Source: an uncultured Bordetella sp. | Lineage (GTDB): Bacteria; Pseudomonadota; Gammaproteobacteria; Burkholderiales; SG8-41 | Assembly: GCA_964433345.1 (NCBI GenBank) | Contig: CAYSQJ010000005.1 | Span: 40,440-104,439, forward strand | Length of the DNA stretch: 64,000 bases | Direction: 5' to 3' | Shown: positions 36,355 through 45,458 of the stretch, one piece after another | Layout: each line of letters begins with the position of its first letter | Position numbering within the stretch: position 1 is the first letter of the stretch | Program-made: the position numbers and the translations under genes | Notes under the pieces: generated by a model | The model's database searches: none | What the model was told of the DNA's origin: nothing | What the model saw: only the letters and a program-made list of their open reading frames with translations

Positions 36355-36384
36355 GTGGCGGTTAAGGCTGCGACTGCGCTGTAT

Positions 36385-36525
36385 TCAGCGCAGGAAAATC
36401 ACGACAGGGAATACTGCGACAGCAAGGGCGAGTACCAGCCACTCGAGGTTGTTGCGTTTGAGCCAGCCGGTGAAATGCAGAATCAGCACGACGATTGCGA
36501 TCACGTAAAAGGCATAAAACGCCAT
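36385..36525 (-). CDS. Unlisted small ORF: 46-aa two-TM hairpin membrane peptide
   Basis: Hand translation gives MAFYAFYVIAIVVLILHFTGWLKRNNLEWLVLALAVAVFPVVIFLR. ATG at 36525 is preceded by AGGGGGG 8 nt upstream. Below the ORF-track length cut-off. Confidence 0.4.
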   Translation of the reverse strand: MAFYAFYVIAIVVLILHFTGWLKRNNLEWLVLALAVAVFPVVIFLR

Positions 36526-36775
36526 TTCAAACACCCCCCTGTAATTTGCCTGCGAGGATAACCGAATTCAAAGTCGGTCGCCATTGGCCGGGGCAAGGTT
36601 CGCGGTCAGTTGCGGCATTCAGGGCGACGCCCGTTTGTGGTGCGTTCTCCGCCTGCGAACGACAGCTGTCTGCTGTTCGCGGGGGGTGCGGGCGGGGTGC
36701 AGGGTGCTCCGGCATATCCGGACATTGTTGCGTCGCCGATCGGCAATGCTGATGTGTCCGCAAGACTGCAATAAA

Positions 36776-36795
36776 TTAAGTAATTGTTTTTATTG
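36776..36795 (+). repeat. AT-rich dispersed core motif, copy 5 (TTAAGTAATTGTTTTTATTG)
   Basis: Lies in the ~435-nt non-coding region upstream of the ParA-like gene. Shares the 19-mer TTGTTTTTATTGATATTTT with copies 2 and 9. Confidence 0.75.
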
Positions 36796-36960
36796 ATATT
36801 TTATTCATCCTTCCTGTTGTCAGCGGCTTCAATTCCAAGCCGGGCAGCAGCTTGCCGCGATGTATTGAGGCGATGTCCAAACAGCGGTTGCCAATTCCCT
36901 GATTCACAGCGCAAAATCCCCAGTCCAATCCATGGCCGTTACGGCCAGTCGGAGGTCCCG

Positions 36961-37860
36961 GTGGCACGCATTGCGGTATTCAATCAGAAGGGCGGGGTCG
37001 GCAAGACGACGACCACCCTGAACCTTGCCGGCCTGCTGGCGCGGCGCGGCGCGGATCCGCTGGTGATCGACCTCGACCCACAGGGGCATCTCACGGATGT
37101 CTGCGGCGTATCAGTGCCGCGCGCGGATGCCAGCCTCTACGGACTGTATGCGCATGGCGTGCCGCTCGCGGCGTTGAGCATGAGCACGCGAAATGGCTGG
37201 CGTCTGGTGCCTTCGCACATCGAACTGTCCAAGGTCGACACCCAGTTCGGCAAGGGCCCCGCGGTGCTGACGCGCCTTGCCGTCGCGCTCGAGAAGATGC
37301 CGGCCGCGCGCCCGGTGCTGATGGATGCCTGCCCGATGCTGGGTGTGCTGTCGCTGGGCAGCGTGTTTGCGGCTGACGGCGTGATCATCCCGATTTCGAC
37401 GGATTACCTGGCGATGAAGGGGGCGCTGCAGATGGAGCGCACGCTGAAGGCGCTGGAGCAGGTGCTGAAGCGGCGCGTGCCGCGCCGCTACCTGATCACC
37501 CGCTACGATTCGCGGCGCCGCATGTCGCTCGACATCGAGCGCCAGCTGCGCAGCCGTTATGGCGACGAAGTCTGTGCGACGCGCATCGCCGAGAATGTCA
37601 GCCTTGCGGAGAGCCCGGCCTCCAATCAGGACGTCTTCGAGCATGCCCCGGCAAGCCGCGGCGCACGCGATTATGGCAAGCTGCTCGAGGAACTGCTGGC
37701 GACGGATTTCATCCGGCTGGAGCGGCCCGCGAGCGCGCCGGCGGTTAGGACCGTACCGCCGGGGGCGCGCACCGCGCTGGCGGCAGGGCAGGAGACTACG
37801 CTGCGCCGCGGAGTGACTGCCGGGCTGCGTCTGATTCACGCGCGCCGCGCCGGCTCCTGA
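36961..37860 (+). CDS. ParA/MinD-family P-loop ATPase (orphan, no ParB partner in window)
   Basis: Lies in ORF 36784..37860. GTG at 36961 is preceded by GGAGG. Deviant Walker A NQKGGVGKTTTT. The C-terminal ~50 aa are low complexity. Confidence 0.8.
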   Translation: MARIAVFNQKGGVGKTTTTLNLAGLLARRGADPLVIDLDPQGHLTDVCGVSVPRADASLYGLYAHGVPLAALSMSTRNGWRLVPSHIELSKVDTQFGKGPAVLTRLAVALEKMPAARPVLMDACPMLGVLSLGSVFAADGVIIPISTDYLAMKGALQMERTLKALEQVLKRRVPRRYLITRYDSRRRMSLDIERQLRSRYGDEVCATRIAENVSLAESPASNQDVFEHAPASRGARDYGKLLEELLATDFIRLERPASAPAVRTVPPGARTALAAGQETTLRRGVTAGLRLIHARRAGS

Positions 37861-37881
37861 ATCGCGGTTCGGGACGCCGCG

Positions 37882-38112
37882 CTAGCGCGTATCGTCCTGC
37901 CGGCTGATCAGCGAAATCATCCCTTCGAGATCCACGCCTTCCCCGCGCGTGTCCGGGGCCAGCGCGCTGCATTCGAGGATTTCGCAATGATGGTAAATCT
38001 GGCGGATCCGGGTTTCCGCTTCCGCCTGGTCGCGCGCCTGCACCGCCAGGTTCTCCACCACCATGCCGCCGCGGGTCTTGATGCGGAATCCGAACTTGCT
38101 CATGGCGGTCAT
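37882..38112 (-). CDS. small hypothetical protein (76 aa)
   Basis: ORF ending the ggt / gamma-CA co-directional array. No family recognised. An alternative ATG at 38100 exists. Confidence 0.45.
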   Translation of the reverse strand: MTAMSKFGFRIKTRGGMVVENLAVQARDQAEAETRIRQIYHHCEILECSALAPDTRGEGVDLEGMISLISRQDDTR

Positions 38113-38131
38113 GGCAGCGTCCTCGTTGCAA

Positions 38132-38662
38132 TCAGGATTCGTCGGATCGCAGCTCTGCGAGGTAGCGCTTGAAGTTCTTCACATAATGCTCGGAGATGCG
38201 GTTGATGCCCTTGATCTGATCGGGCGTCAGTTGTTTCACCACCTTGCCCGGCATGCCCAGAACCATCGAGCCGTCCGGAATCTCCTTGCCCTCGCCAACG
38301 AAGGCACCGGCGCCGATCAGGCAGTTTTTGCCGATTTTCGCGCCGTTGAGGACCACCGCCTTGATTCCGATCAGGCTGCCTTCGCCGACGGTGCAGCCGT
38401 GCAGCATCGCCATGTGGCCGACGCTGACATTCCTCTCCAGCGTCAGCGGGAAGCCGGGGTCGGCGTGCAGTACCGAGCCGTCCTGCACCTGCGAGTTTTC
38501 GCCGATGGTGATGGTGTCGCTGTCGCCACGCAACACGCAGTTCCACCAGATGCTGGCATTGTTCTCCAGCACCACGCTGCCGATGACGGTGGCATTGGGG
38601 GCTATCCAGTAGTCGCCCTTGCAGACGACCTTGCGGTCTCCAAGCGAATATTTCATCGGCAC
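38132..38662 (-). CDS. gamma-class carbonic anhydrase-like hexapeptide-repeat protein (YrdA/PaaY family)
   Basis: 176 aa. Left-handed beta-helix repeats ([41 protein letters not shown]). Confidence 0.8.
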   Translation of the reverse strand: MPMKYSLGDRKVVCKGDYWIAPNATVIGSVVLENNASIWWNCVLRGDSDTITIGENSQVQDGSVLHADPGFPLTLERNVSVGHMAMLHGCTVGEGSLIGIKAVVLNGAKIGKNCLIGAGAFVGEGKEIPDGSMVLGMPGKVVKQLTPDQIKGINRISEHYVKNFKRYLAELRSDES

Positions 38663-38672
38663 GCCCCGGTCA

Positions 38673-40262
38673 TCAGAAGCCGACGGCCTGGCCGTCGGTA
38701 CGGCGCTCGGAGGCGGCGAAGTAACCGTCTTCCATCTTGTAGATCAACTGTGCACGGCCGAAGTCGGTGGACCAGCGATCGGCCTGCGGCATGTCGTGGC
38801 CGCGGGCGCGCAGCTCGGCCACCGTTTCCGCGGCGACCCCGTATTCGATGCCGACCTTGAGTCCGCTGTCGATGCGCCAGCGCGGCGCGTCCGCGGCAGC
38901 CTGCGGGTTCTGGCCGTAGTCGACCATGCGCGAAACCACCTGCATGTGGCCCTGCGCCTGCATCGAGCCGCCCATCACGCCGAAGCTCATCAGCGGCTTG
39001 CCGTTTTTGGTCAGGAAGCCGGGGATGATGGTGTGGAAAGGGCGCTTGCCGGGAGCGACGATGTTGGCATGGCCTGGCTTCAGACTGAATCCGAAGCCGC
39101 GGTTCTGCAGGCTGATGCCGGTGCCGGGCACGACGACGCCGGAACCGAAACCGGCGAAGTTGGACTGGATGTACGACACCATCATGCCGGATTCGTCGGC
39201 GGCGGTCAGGTAGACCGTGCCGCCTTTCGACGGATTGCCGTGCGCCGGTTCCTGTGCTTTTTTCATGTCGATCAGCTGCGCGCGCTTTTTCAGGTAATCC
39301 TTGTCGAGCATCTCCGACGGTTTCACGCGCATTGTTGCCGGGTCGGACACGTACTCGTTGATGTCGGCGAAGGCGAGCTTCATCGCCTCGATCTGCAGGT
39401 GCATGCTGTCCGGGGAATCGACCGGCAGCTTGGCGACATCGAAATTCTCGAGGATGCCCAGCGCGATCAGCGCGGCGATGCCCTGGCCGTTGGGCGGAAT
39501 CTCGTGCAGCGTGTAGCCGCGGTAGTCGATGCCGATAGGCTCCACCCAGTCATTGCTGTGGGCGGCGAGGTCATCCAGCGTCATTGCGCCGCCGTTCTGC
39601 TTGGCCCAGGCGACGATTTTCTCGGCGAGATCGCCCTTGTAGAAGGCCTCGCCCTTGGTTTCGGCGATGCGCGCCAGCGTCTTGGCCTGCGCCGGGAAGG
39701 AGAATTTCTCGCCGGGCAGCGGCGCGCGGCCGCGCGGCATGAAGGCCTCGGCATATCCGGGCTGGTTTTTCAGTTCCGGTGCCTGGTTGGCCCACAGGCG
39801 GGCGATGGTCGGCGTCACCATATAGCCGTCGTTGGCGTACTGGATCGCCGGTTCGAACAGGTCGGCAAAGGGCAGCTTGCCGAACTTCGCGGACATCTCG
39901 GCCCAGGCCGACACGCATCCGGGAACGGTCACCGAATCCCAGCCGCGCTGCGGCATCGCCTGCGCGCCCTTGAAACGATCCGGAGTCCATGCGGCAGGCG
40001 AGCGGCCGGAAGCGTTCAGGCCGTGCAGCTTTTTGCCGTCCCACAGTATGCAGAACGCATCGCTGCCGATGCCGTTGCTGGTCGGCTCAAGCACGGTCAG
40101 CGAGATCGCGGTGGCAAGGATGGCGTCGACGGCGTTGCCGCCTTTCAGCAGCATGCGCAGTCCGGCCTGGGCGGCCAGCGGTTGCGAGGTGGCCACGGTA
40201 TTGCGAGCCAGGACCGGCATGCGCTGCGAGGTGTAGGGGAACTGGAAGTCGAGTGGGGTCAT
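38673..40262 (-). CDS. gamma-glutamyltransferase-family protein (no signal peptide)
   Basis: ORF 38673..40322. ATG at 40262. GGT blocks present ([22 protein letters not shown] with the putative Thr nucleophile, MSFGVMGG). Confidence 0.8.
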   Translation of the reverse strand: MTPLDFQFPYTSQRMPVLARNTVATSQPLAAQAGLRMLLKGGNAVDAILATAISLTVLEPTSNGIGSDAFCILWDGKKLHGLNASGRSPAAWTPDRFKGAQAMPQRGWDSVTVPGCVSAWAEMSAKFGKLPFADLFEPAIQYANDGYMVTPTIARLWANQAPELKNQPGYAEAFMPRGRAPLPGEKFSFPAQAKTLARIAETKGEAFYKGDLAEKIVAWAKQNGGAMTLDDLAAHSNDWVEPIGIDYRGYTLHEIPPNGQGIAALIALGILENFDVAKLPVDSPDSMHLQIEAMKLAFADINEYVSDPATMRVKPSEMLDKDYLKKRAQLIDMKKAQEPAHGNPSKGGTVYLTAADESGMMVSYIQSNFAGFGSGVVVPGTGISLQNRGFGFSLKPGHANIVAPGKRPFHTIIPGFLTKNGKPLMSFGVMGGSMQAQGHMQVVSRMVDYGQNPQAAADAPRWRIDSGLKVGIEYGVAAETVAELRARGHDMPQADRWSTDFGRAQLIYKMEDGYFAASERRTDGQAVGF

Positions 40263-40355
40263 GGGAAGTCTCTTGATGGAAAACGGAGCCGCGATTGTCG
40301 AGGACAAAAAAATACGGGGCACGCAGCCCCGTATTTTAACCCACTGGCGAACCGC

Positions 40356-41324
40356 TCAGTTCGGCTTGATACCGGCGTCGCGGGCGACCTTGATCCATTT
40401 CTGGATTTCGGCACGGTTGAACTTGTCATGCGCCTCAGGCGTGCTGCCGTTGGGTTCTGCACCCTGATCGAGCAGAGTCTTGCGGACCTTGGGATCCTTC
40501 AGGGCCTGCACCAGCGCCGAATTGACGCGGTCAACGACCGCTTTCGGCAGGTTGGCCGGACCGAACATCGAGAAACCGCTCGAGACGACGAAGTTTTTCA
40601 GGCCCTGCTCGATCATCGTCGGCACGGTCGGTGCCGCCGGGGAGCGCTTCTCGCCGGTCTGGGCAATCATGCGCAGGCGGCCCTGGGCCACGTAGGGCAC
40701 CGCGGCCGGCATGCTCGGGAACTGCATCTGCACATGGCCGCCGACAAGATCGATCATCGACGGGCCGCTGCCCTTGTAGTGCACGGCGGTGATTTTTACG
40801 CCGGCGGTAGCGATCAGCAGTTCGGCTGCGAGGTGGCCGACCGTACCCTGGCCTGCGGTGGAGTAGAAGATATCGGTCGGGCGTGCTTTCGCCAGCGCGA
40901 TGAATTCCTTCAGGTTTTTCGGCGGCAGCGAGGGGTGGATAACGAAGGCGGTGGGTACGTCGGCGACGATGCCCAGCGGCGTGAAGTCTTTGACCGAGTC
41001 ATACGGCAGCTTGCGGATCATCGCCGGGTTGATGGTGTGGCCGGCCGAAGCCATCAGCAGCGTGTAGCCGTCGGGCGCGGCACGCGAGACCAGTTCGGTA
41101 CCGATCGTGCCGCCGGCGCCGCCGCGGTTGTCGATGATGATCTGCTGGCCGATGATCTCGGCCATTTTCGGCACGAAGATGCGGCCGATGATGTCGGTGT
41201 TGCCGCCGGCGGCGAAGGGGATCACCAGGCGTATGGTTTTCGCCGGGTAGTTCTGCGCGGATGCCGGTGCGGTGGCGGCCAGCAGGCCGGCAGCGGCGGC
41301 AATCCAGAATCGGTTCAATCTCAT
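40356..41324 (-). CDS. Bug-family (TctC-like) periplasmic binding protein, orphan
   Basis: ORF 40356..41396. ATG at 41324 gives the signal MRLNRFWIAAAAGLLAATAPASAQ. Blocks IRLVIPFAAGGNTD and NRGGAGG. Confidence 0.85.
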   Translation of the reverse strand: MRLNRFWIAAAAGLLAATAPASAQNYPAKTIRLVIPFAAGGNTDIIGRIFVPKMAEIIGQQIIIDNRGGAGGTIGTELVSRAAPDGYTLLMASAGHTINPAMIRKLPYDSVKDFTPLGIVADVPTAFVIHPSLPPKNLKEFIALAKARPTDIFYSTAGQGTVGHLAAELLIATAGVKITAVHYKGSGPSMIDLVGGHVQMQFPSMPAAVPYVAQGRLRMIAQTGEKRSPAAPTVPTMIEQGLKNFVVSSGFSMFGPANLPKAVVDRVNSALVQALKDPKVRKTLLDQGAEPNGSTPEAHDKFNRAEIQKWIKVARDAGIKPN

Positions 41325-41534
41325 CAGGTTCTCCTCGTGATTGTGTGGCGTACGCGGTGCGTCGCCGACAGTTGGTTTGACCGTGGAGTTTACCAAGCCT
41401 GAGGCTGCCGTGCATCGTGCCCTGTCCCGCTGACCGGAGGTCCAATCCGTGGCGCTGTCGCAGTCCGGTCAGGCGCCGCGGAGTAGAATCGCCGGATACC
41501 GCGGGCGCTCCGCGGCAGCAACGGAGACTGAACG

Positions 41535-43256
41535 ATGACGATGAAACGCATGACCATCATGGGGACACGCCACGTTGTCGCGGCGGGGCATTACCTCGCC
41601 GCTCACGCGGCTTTCGAAATTCTCGAGGCCGGCGGCAATGCGATCGATGCCGGCGTTGCAGCGGGGCTCGCCATCGGCGTGCTGCAGACGGAGAAGGTCA
41701 ACATCGGCGGCGTTGCGCCGCAGATCATCTACACCGCGAAGGACCGCAAGGTGCATTCGATCGACGGCCTCGGCGTGTGGCCGGCCGCGGTGACGCCGGA
41801 TTACTTCATGAAAAAATACGGCGGCAAGATTCCCCCGGGCGTGGAGCGCTGCGTGGTGCCGGCGGCCCCGGATGCCTGGATCACCGCATTGTCGAAATTC
41901 GGCACCATGAGTTTCGGCGAAGTAGCGTCTGCGGCGATCCGTTTCGCCAGCGAGGGTTTTCCGATGTATCCGCTGATGGCGGACTTCATCGGTGCCAACA
42001 CCGAATACTACGGCCGCTGGCCTTCGAGCAAGAAGGTGTTCATGCCCGGCGGCAAGCCGCCGGTGCCGGGCAAGGTCTTCGTGCAGGCGGACCTCGGCCG
42101 CACGCTGAAGTACATGGCTGACGAGGAGCGCCGCGCGGCGAAGCGCAAGGGGCGCAAGGCCGGACTGCAGGCCGCGCGCGATGCCTTCTACAAGGGCGAC
42201 ATCGCGAAGGCGGTGACCAAGTGGATTGCCGGCCAGGGCGGGTTGATGCGTTATGACGATTTTGCAAACTTCAAGGTCAACTTCGAGCCGACCGTGAAAT
42301 CGAAGTTCGGCAACATCGAGCTGCATGCCTGCGGCCCGTGGTCGCAGGGACCGGCGCTGCCGATGGCGCTGAACATCCTCAAGGGCTACGACCTGAAGGC
42401 GATGGGGCACAACACGCCGCAGTACATCCATGTCGTGACCGAGGCATTGAAACTGGCTTTCGCCGACCGCCACCAGTATTTCGGCGATCCCAAGTTCGTC
42501 AAAGTGCCGCTGAACGGTCTGCTGTCGGAAAAGTATTCGGCGTGGCGCCGCTCGCTGATCCGAAGCAACGAGGCGTGGCCGGAGATGCCGCCCGCGGGCG
42601 ACCCGAGAACGCTGTCGACAGTGCAGAACATCTGCATGCCGGAACCGCAGCCCGACGAGGCGCCGGGGCCGGGCGACACTTCCTACCTCTGCGTGATCGA
42701 CCGCCACGGCAACGCGTTCTCGGCGACGCCTTCCGACGGCTCCGACAAGACGCCGCTGATTCCTGGTGTCGGCATCCTTTGTTCCGGACGCGGCACCCAG
42801 TCCTGGGCTGATCCCTCGCACCCGTCCTCTGTGGCGCCGGGCAAGCGCCCGCGGCTGACGCCGAATCCCGCGCTGGCGCTGAAGAACGGCAAGGCTTACA
42901 TGCCCTTCGGCACGCCGGGCGGCGATGTGCAGATCCAGGCGATGATCCAGGTCTTTCTCAACATCAACGTCTTCGGCATGTCGGTGCAGGACGCGGTGGA
43001 GGCGCCGCGCTTCGCCAACTACAGCTACCCGGGTTCCTTCGAGCCGCATCCCTATTTCCCGGGCCGCTTGTATCTGGAGTCGCGCATAGCCAAATCCACC
43101 GGCGAGGCGCTGGCGGCGATGGGGCACAAGGTCTACTGGTGGGACGACATGACCTGGCTCGCCGGGTCGGTATGCACCATCGTCAACGACCACGCGCAGG
43201 GCGTGCTGCACGGCGGCGCGGATCCGCGGCGTCCGGCCTACGTGCTGGGCTGGTGA
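41535..43256 (+). CDS. gamma-glutamyltransferase-family protein, second paralogue (no signal peptide)
   Basis: 573 aa. Blocks EAGGNAIDAGVAA, GDTSYLCVIDRHGN (Thr nucleophile context) and PFGTPGGD. Confidence 0.8.
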   Translation: MTMKRMTIMGTRHVVAAGHYLAAHAAFEILEAGGNAIDAGVAAGLAIGVLQTEKVNIGGVAPQIIYTAKDRKVHSIDGLGVWPAAVTPDYFMKKYGGKIPPGVERCVVPAAPDAWITALSKFGTMSFGEVASAAIRFASEGFPMYPLMADFIGANTEYYGRWPSSKKVFMPGGKPPVPGKVFVQADLGRTLKYMADEERRAAKRKGRKAGLQAARDAFYKGDIAKAVTKWIAGQGGLMRYDDFANFKVNFEPTVKSKFGNIELHACGPWSQGPALPMALNILKGYDLKAMGHNTPQYIHVVTEALKLAFADRHQYFGDPKFVKVPLNGLLSEKYSAWRRSLIRSNEAWPEMPPAGDPRTLSTVQNICMPEPQPDEAPGPGDTSYLCVIDRHGNAFSATPSDGSDKTPLIPGVGILCSGRGTQSWADPSHPSSVAPGKRPRLTPNPALALKNGKAYMPFGTPGGDVQIQAMIQVFLNINVFGMSVQDAVEAPRFANYSYPGSFEPHPYFPGRLYLESRIAKSTGEALAAMGHKVYWWDDMTWLAGSVCTIVNDHAQGVLHGGADPRRPAYVLGW

Positions 43257-43344
43257 TGCCCGGAGCAGGGCATTGGCACGATTGCTGCTAATGCCCTGGC
43301 TTGCAACAACTGAATCTCCTACAACAAATACGAGGAACTGACAT

Positions 43345-44313
43345 ATGAACATCCATATCCGACATGCCATCGCGGCCGTTGCCGCCGCGACCGCAGCAAG
43401 CCTTGCACTCCCGGCTTTTGCTGCGTACCCCGAGCGCCCGGTGCGTCTCATCGTGGGCTTTCCGCCGGGCGGCGCGGCCGATACGCTGGGCCGCATCGCC
43501 GCGCAGCAGCTGACCGACCGCATCGGCCAGCAGGTGGTGGTTGACAACCGCGGCGGTGCCGGCGGCCTGATCGCGACCGAGATCGCGGTCAAGACCAATG
43601 CCGACGGCTATACGCTGCTGTTCTCCTCGATCCCGCACGTGATCAACCCGCACCTGCGCAAGGTCGGCTATGACCCGGTCAAGGATTTTGTGCCGGTGGT
43701 GCAGTTCGTGGCGGTACCGCTGATGATGGCCTCCGCGCCTTCGTTTCCCGGCAAATCGGTGAAGGAGCTGATTGACCAGGCCAAGGCCAATCCGGGCAAG
43801 ATCAACTACGGTTCCGCAGGCAGCGGTTCCTCCAGCCATCTCGCAGTGGAACTGTTCAAGAGCATGGCCGGCATTCGCATGGAACACATCCCGTACAAGG
43901 GAACGGGGCCGCTGATCACCGACATGCTCGGTGGACGCATCGGCGTCACCATCGCCAGCGCCGTGCCGCTGTCGCCCCAGGTGAAGTCGGGCAAGTTGCG
44001 CGGCCTCGCGGTCACCAGCCCCAAGCGCTCCGCGGCTTTTCCGGAACTGCCGGCGATCGCTGAAACCGTGCCGGGCTATGAAGTCATCAACTGGTTCGGC
44101 ATTTTTGCGCCTGCCGGCACGCCGGCTGCCGCCGTCAACCGCGTCAATGGAGCGCTCAACGAAGCGCTGAAGTCTGCGGAGCTGGTGAAGTTGCTCAACG
44201 CGCGCGGTGCCGACGCGGTCGGGGGTACTCCGGCGAATTTCATGCGCGTGGTCCGTGCCGACAACCTGAAGTGGGCCAAAGTCGTCAAGGAGTCGGGTGC
44301 GAAGGTCGAGTGA
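43345..44313 (+). CDS. Bug-family (TctC-like) periplasmic binding protein, orphan
   Basis: 322 aa. Signal ...SLALPAFA. Blocks VRLIVGFPPGGAAD, NRGGAGG and HIPYKGTGP. Confidence 0.85.
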   Translation: MNIHIRHAIAAVAAATAASLALPAFAAYPERPVRLIVGFPPGGAADTLGRIAAQQLTDRIGQQVVVDNRGGAGGLIATEIAVKTNADGYTLLFSSIPHVINPHLRKVGYDPVKDFVPVVQFVAVPLMMASAPSFPGKSVKELIDQAKANPGKINYGSAGSGSSSHLAVELFKSMAGIRMEHIPYKGTGPLITDMLGGRIGVTIASAVPLSPQVKSGKLRGLAVTSPKRSAAFPELPAIAETVPGYEVINWFGIFAPAGTPAAAVNRVNGALNEALKSAELVKLLNARGADAVGGTPANFMRVVRADNLKWAKVVKESGAKVE

Positions 44314-44439
44314 TGTGATGTGGCGGTAATGACGGTGTTGCGTCCCGGCGGCGCGATCCGTCAAACGGTGTGCCGTCGCCCCCGGATGTTCCAGGTCACT
44401 CGGGGTGACGGTTTTTTCATGGTCCGGGAGGATAAAAAT

Positions 44440-45426
44440 ATGTTTAAAATCAAATACTTATATAAATACCTGCTGCCTGCATCAGCCTTGCTTGCGGCTG
44501 CCGGCGCAGTGCAAGCCCAAAGTACTGCGAACTATCCCAACCGCACCATCCGCTACATCGTTGGCTACACCCCCGGCGGCACCTCCGACATGCTGGCGCG
44601 CGCCGTGGGTCAGAAGATTTCCGCGGCCTTTGGCCAGCAGGTGATCATCGACAACCGTCCCGGTGCCGGCACCAACATCGGCACCGAAATCGGCGCCAGG
44701 GCGCCGGCTGACGGCTATACGCTGTTCATGCCGACGGTGGCCAATGCGATCAACCCGACGCTGTATCCGAAACTCGGTTATGACATGCTGAAGGATTTCG
44801 CCTATGTCACCAATTTCGCCAAGGTGCCCGGCATCGTCGTCGTGCATCCCTCGCTGCCGGCAAAAAATGCGAAGGAACTGATTGCCATTGCCAGGGCGAA
44901 TCCGAATTCGCTGCGCCATGGCTCTACCGGCGTCGGCAGCCCGCATCATCTTGCCGGCGAGATCTTCAAGTCCATGGCGGGCGTGAAAATGGTTCATGTG
45001 CCCTACAAGGGTGCAAGTCCGGCGATCGCCGACATCATTGCCGGACACATCGAAGTCTATTTCGGCGCGATGGTGTCCACGCTGCCGCATGCGCGCAGCG
45101 GACGCCTGCGTGCGCTGGGCGTGACCAGCCTGAAGCGTGTCAGCGCGGCAAAGGACGTGCCGACACTGGATGAACAGGGATTGAAGGGATTCGAGACCGG
45201 TTCCTGGTTCGGCATGGCGGTGCCCACCGGCACGCCCCGCGACATCATCACCAGGCTGCATGCAGAATCGACCAAGGCACTGCAGGCGCCCGATCTGCGC
45301 GACCGCATGATCGCCGAGGGCGCCGAGTTCGTCGGCGACACGCCCGAGCAGTTCACGGCCTTCATCAAGGCCGAGATCGAGAAGTGGGGCAAGGCTGTCA
45401 AGGCCTCGGGCGCGAGAGTCGATTGA
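44440..45426 (+). CDS. Bug-family (TctC-like) periplasmic binding protein, orphan
   Basis: ORF 44320..45426. ATG at 44440 gives the signal MFKIKYLYKYLLPASALLAAAGAVQAQ. Blocks IRYIVGYTPGGTSD, NRPGAGT and HVPYKGASPA. Confidence 0.85.
   Translation: MFKIKYLYKYLLPASALLAAAGAVQAQSTANYPNRTIRYIVGYTPGGTSDMLARAVGQKISAAFGQQVIIDNRPGAGTNIGTEIGARAPADGYTLFMPTVANAINPTLYPKLGYDMLKDFAYVTNFAKVPGIVVVHPSLPAKNAKELIAIARANPNSLRHGSTGVGSPHHLAGEIFKSMAGVKMVHVPYKGASPAIADIIAGHIEVYFGAMVSTLPHARSGRLRALGVTSLKRVSAAKDVPTLDEQGLKGFETGSWFGMAVPTGTPRDIITRLHAESTKALQAPDLRDRMIAEGAEFVGDTPEQFTAFIKAEIEKWGKAVKASGARVD
44442..44461 (-). repeat. AT-rich dispersed core motif, copy 6 (reverse strand ATAAGTATTTGATTTTAAAC)
   Basis: Encodes codons 1-8 of the Bug protein that starts at 44440. 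Confidence 0.75.
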
Positions 45427-45458
45427 GCGGCGCAGCAGCACTGCCCGATCCGCGGGCG

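Noticed and set aside
36355-36561. Listed 68-aa plus-strand ORF immediately after the second TauE gene
   Set aside because: The product is hydrophilic and odd (MAVKAATALYSAQENHDREYCDSKGEY...) with no SD sequence. The opposite strand encodes a well-formed two-TM peptide with a strong SD, so I favour the minus-strand small ORF. Neither is proven.
36962-36976. TGGCAC...TGC resembling a sigma-54 -24/-12 promoter (TGGCACGCATTGCGG); a similar TGGCATTGGTTGCA lies near 15570
   Set aside because: The GG-to-GC spacing is two nucleotides shorter than the canonical TGGCAC-N5-TTGC. Both sites also lie inside coding sequence.
38619-43598. 927-aa ORF (38619..41402, +) and 709-aa ORF (41469..43598, -), the longest frames in this region
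   Set aside because: Both are exact antisense shadows of the GGT-family and Bug genes, which show strong family motifs. Neither has a plausible start context or a recognisable domain.
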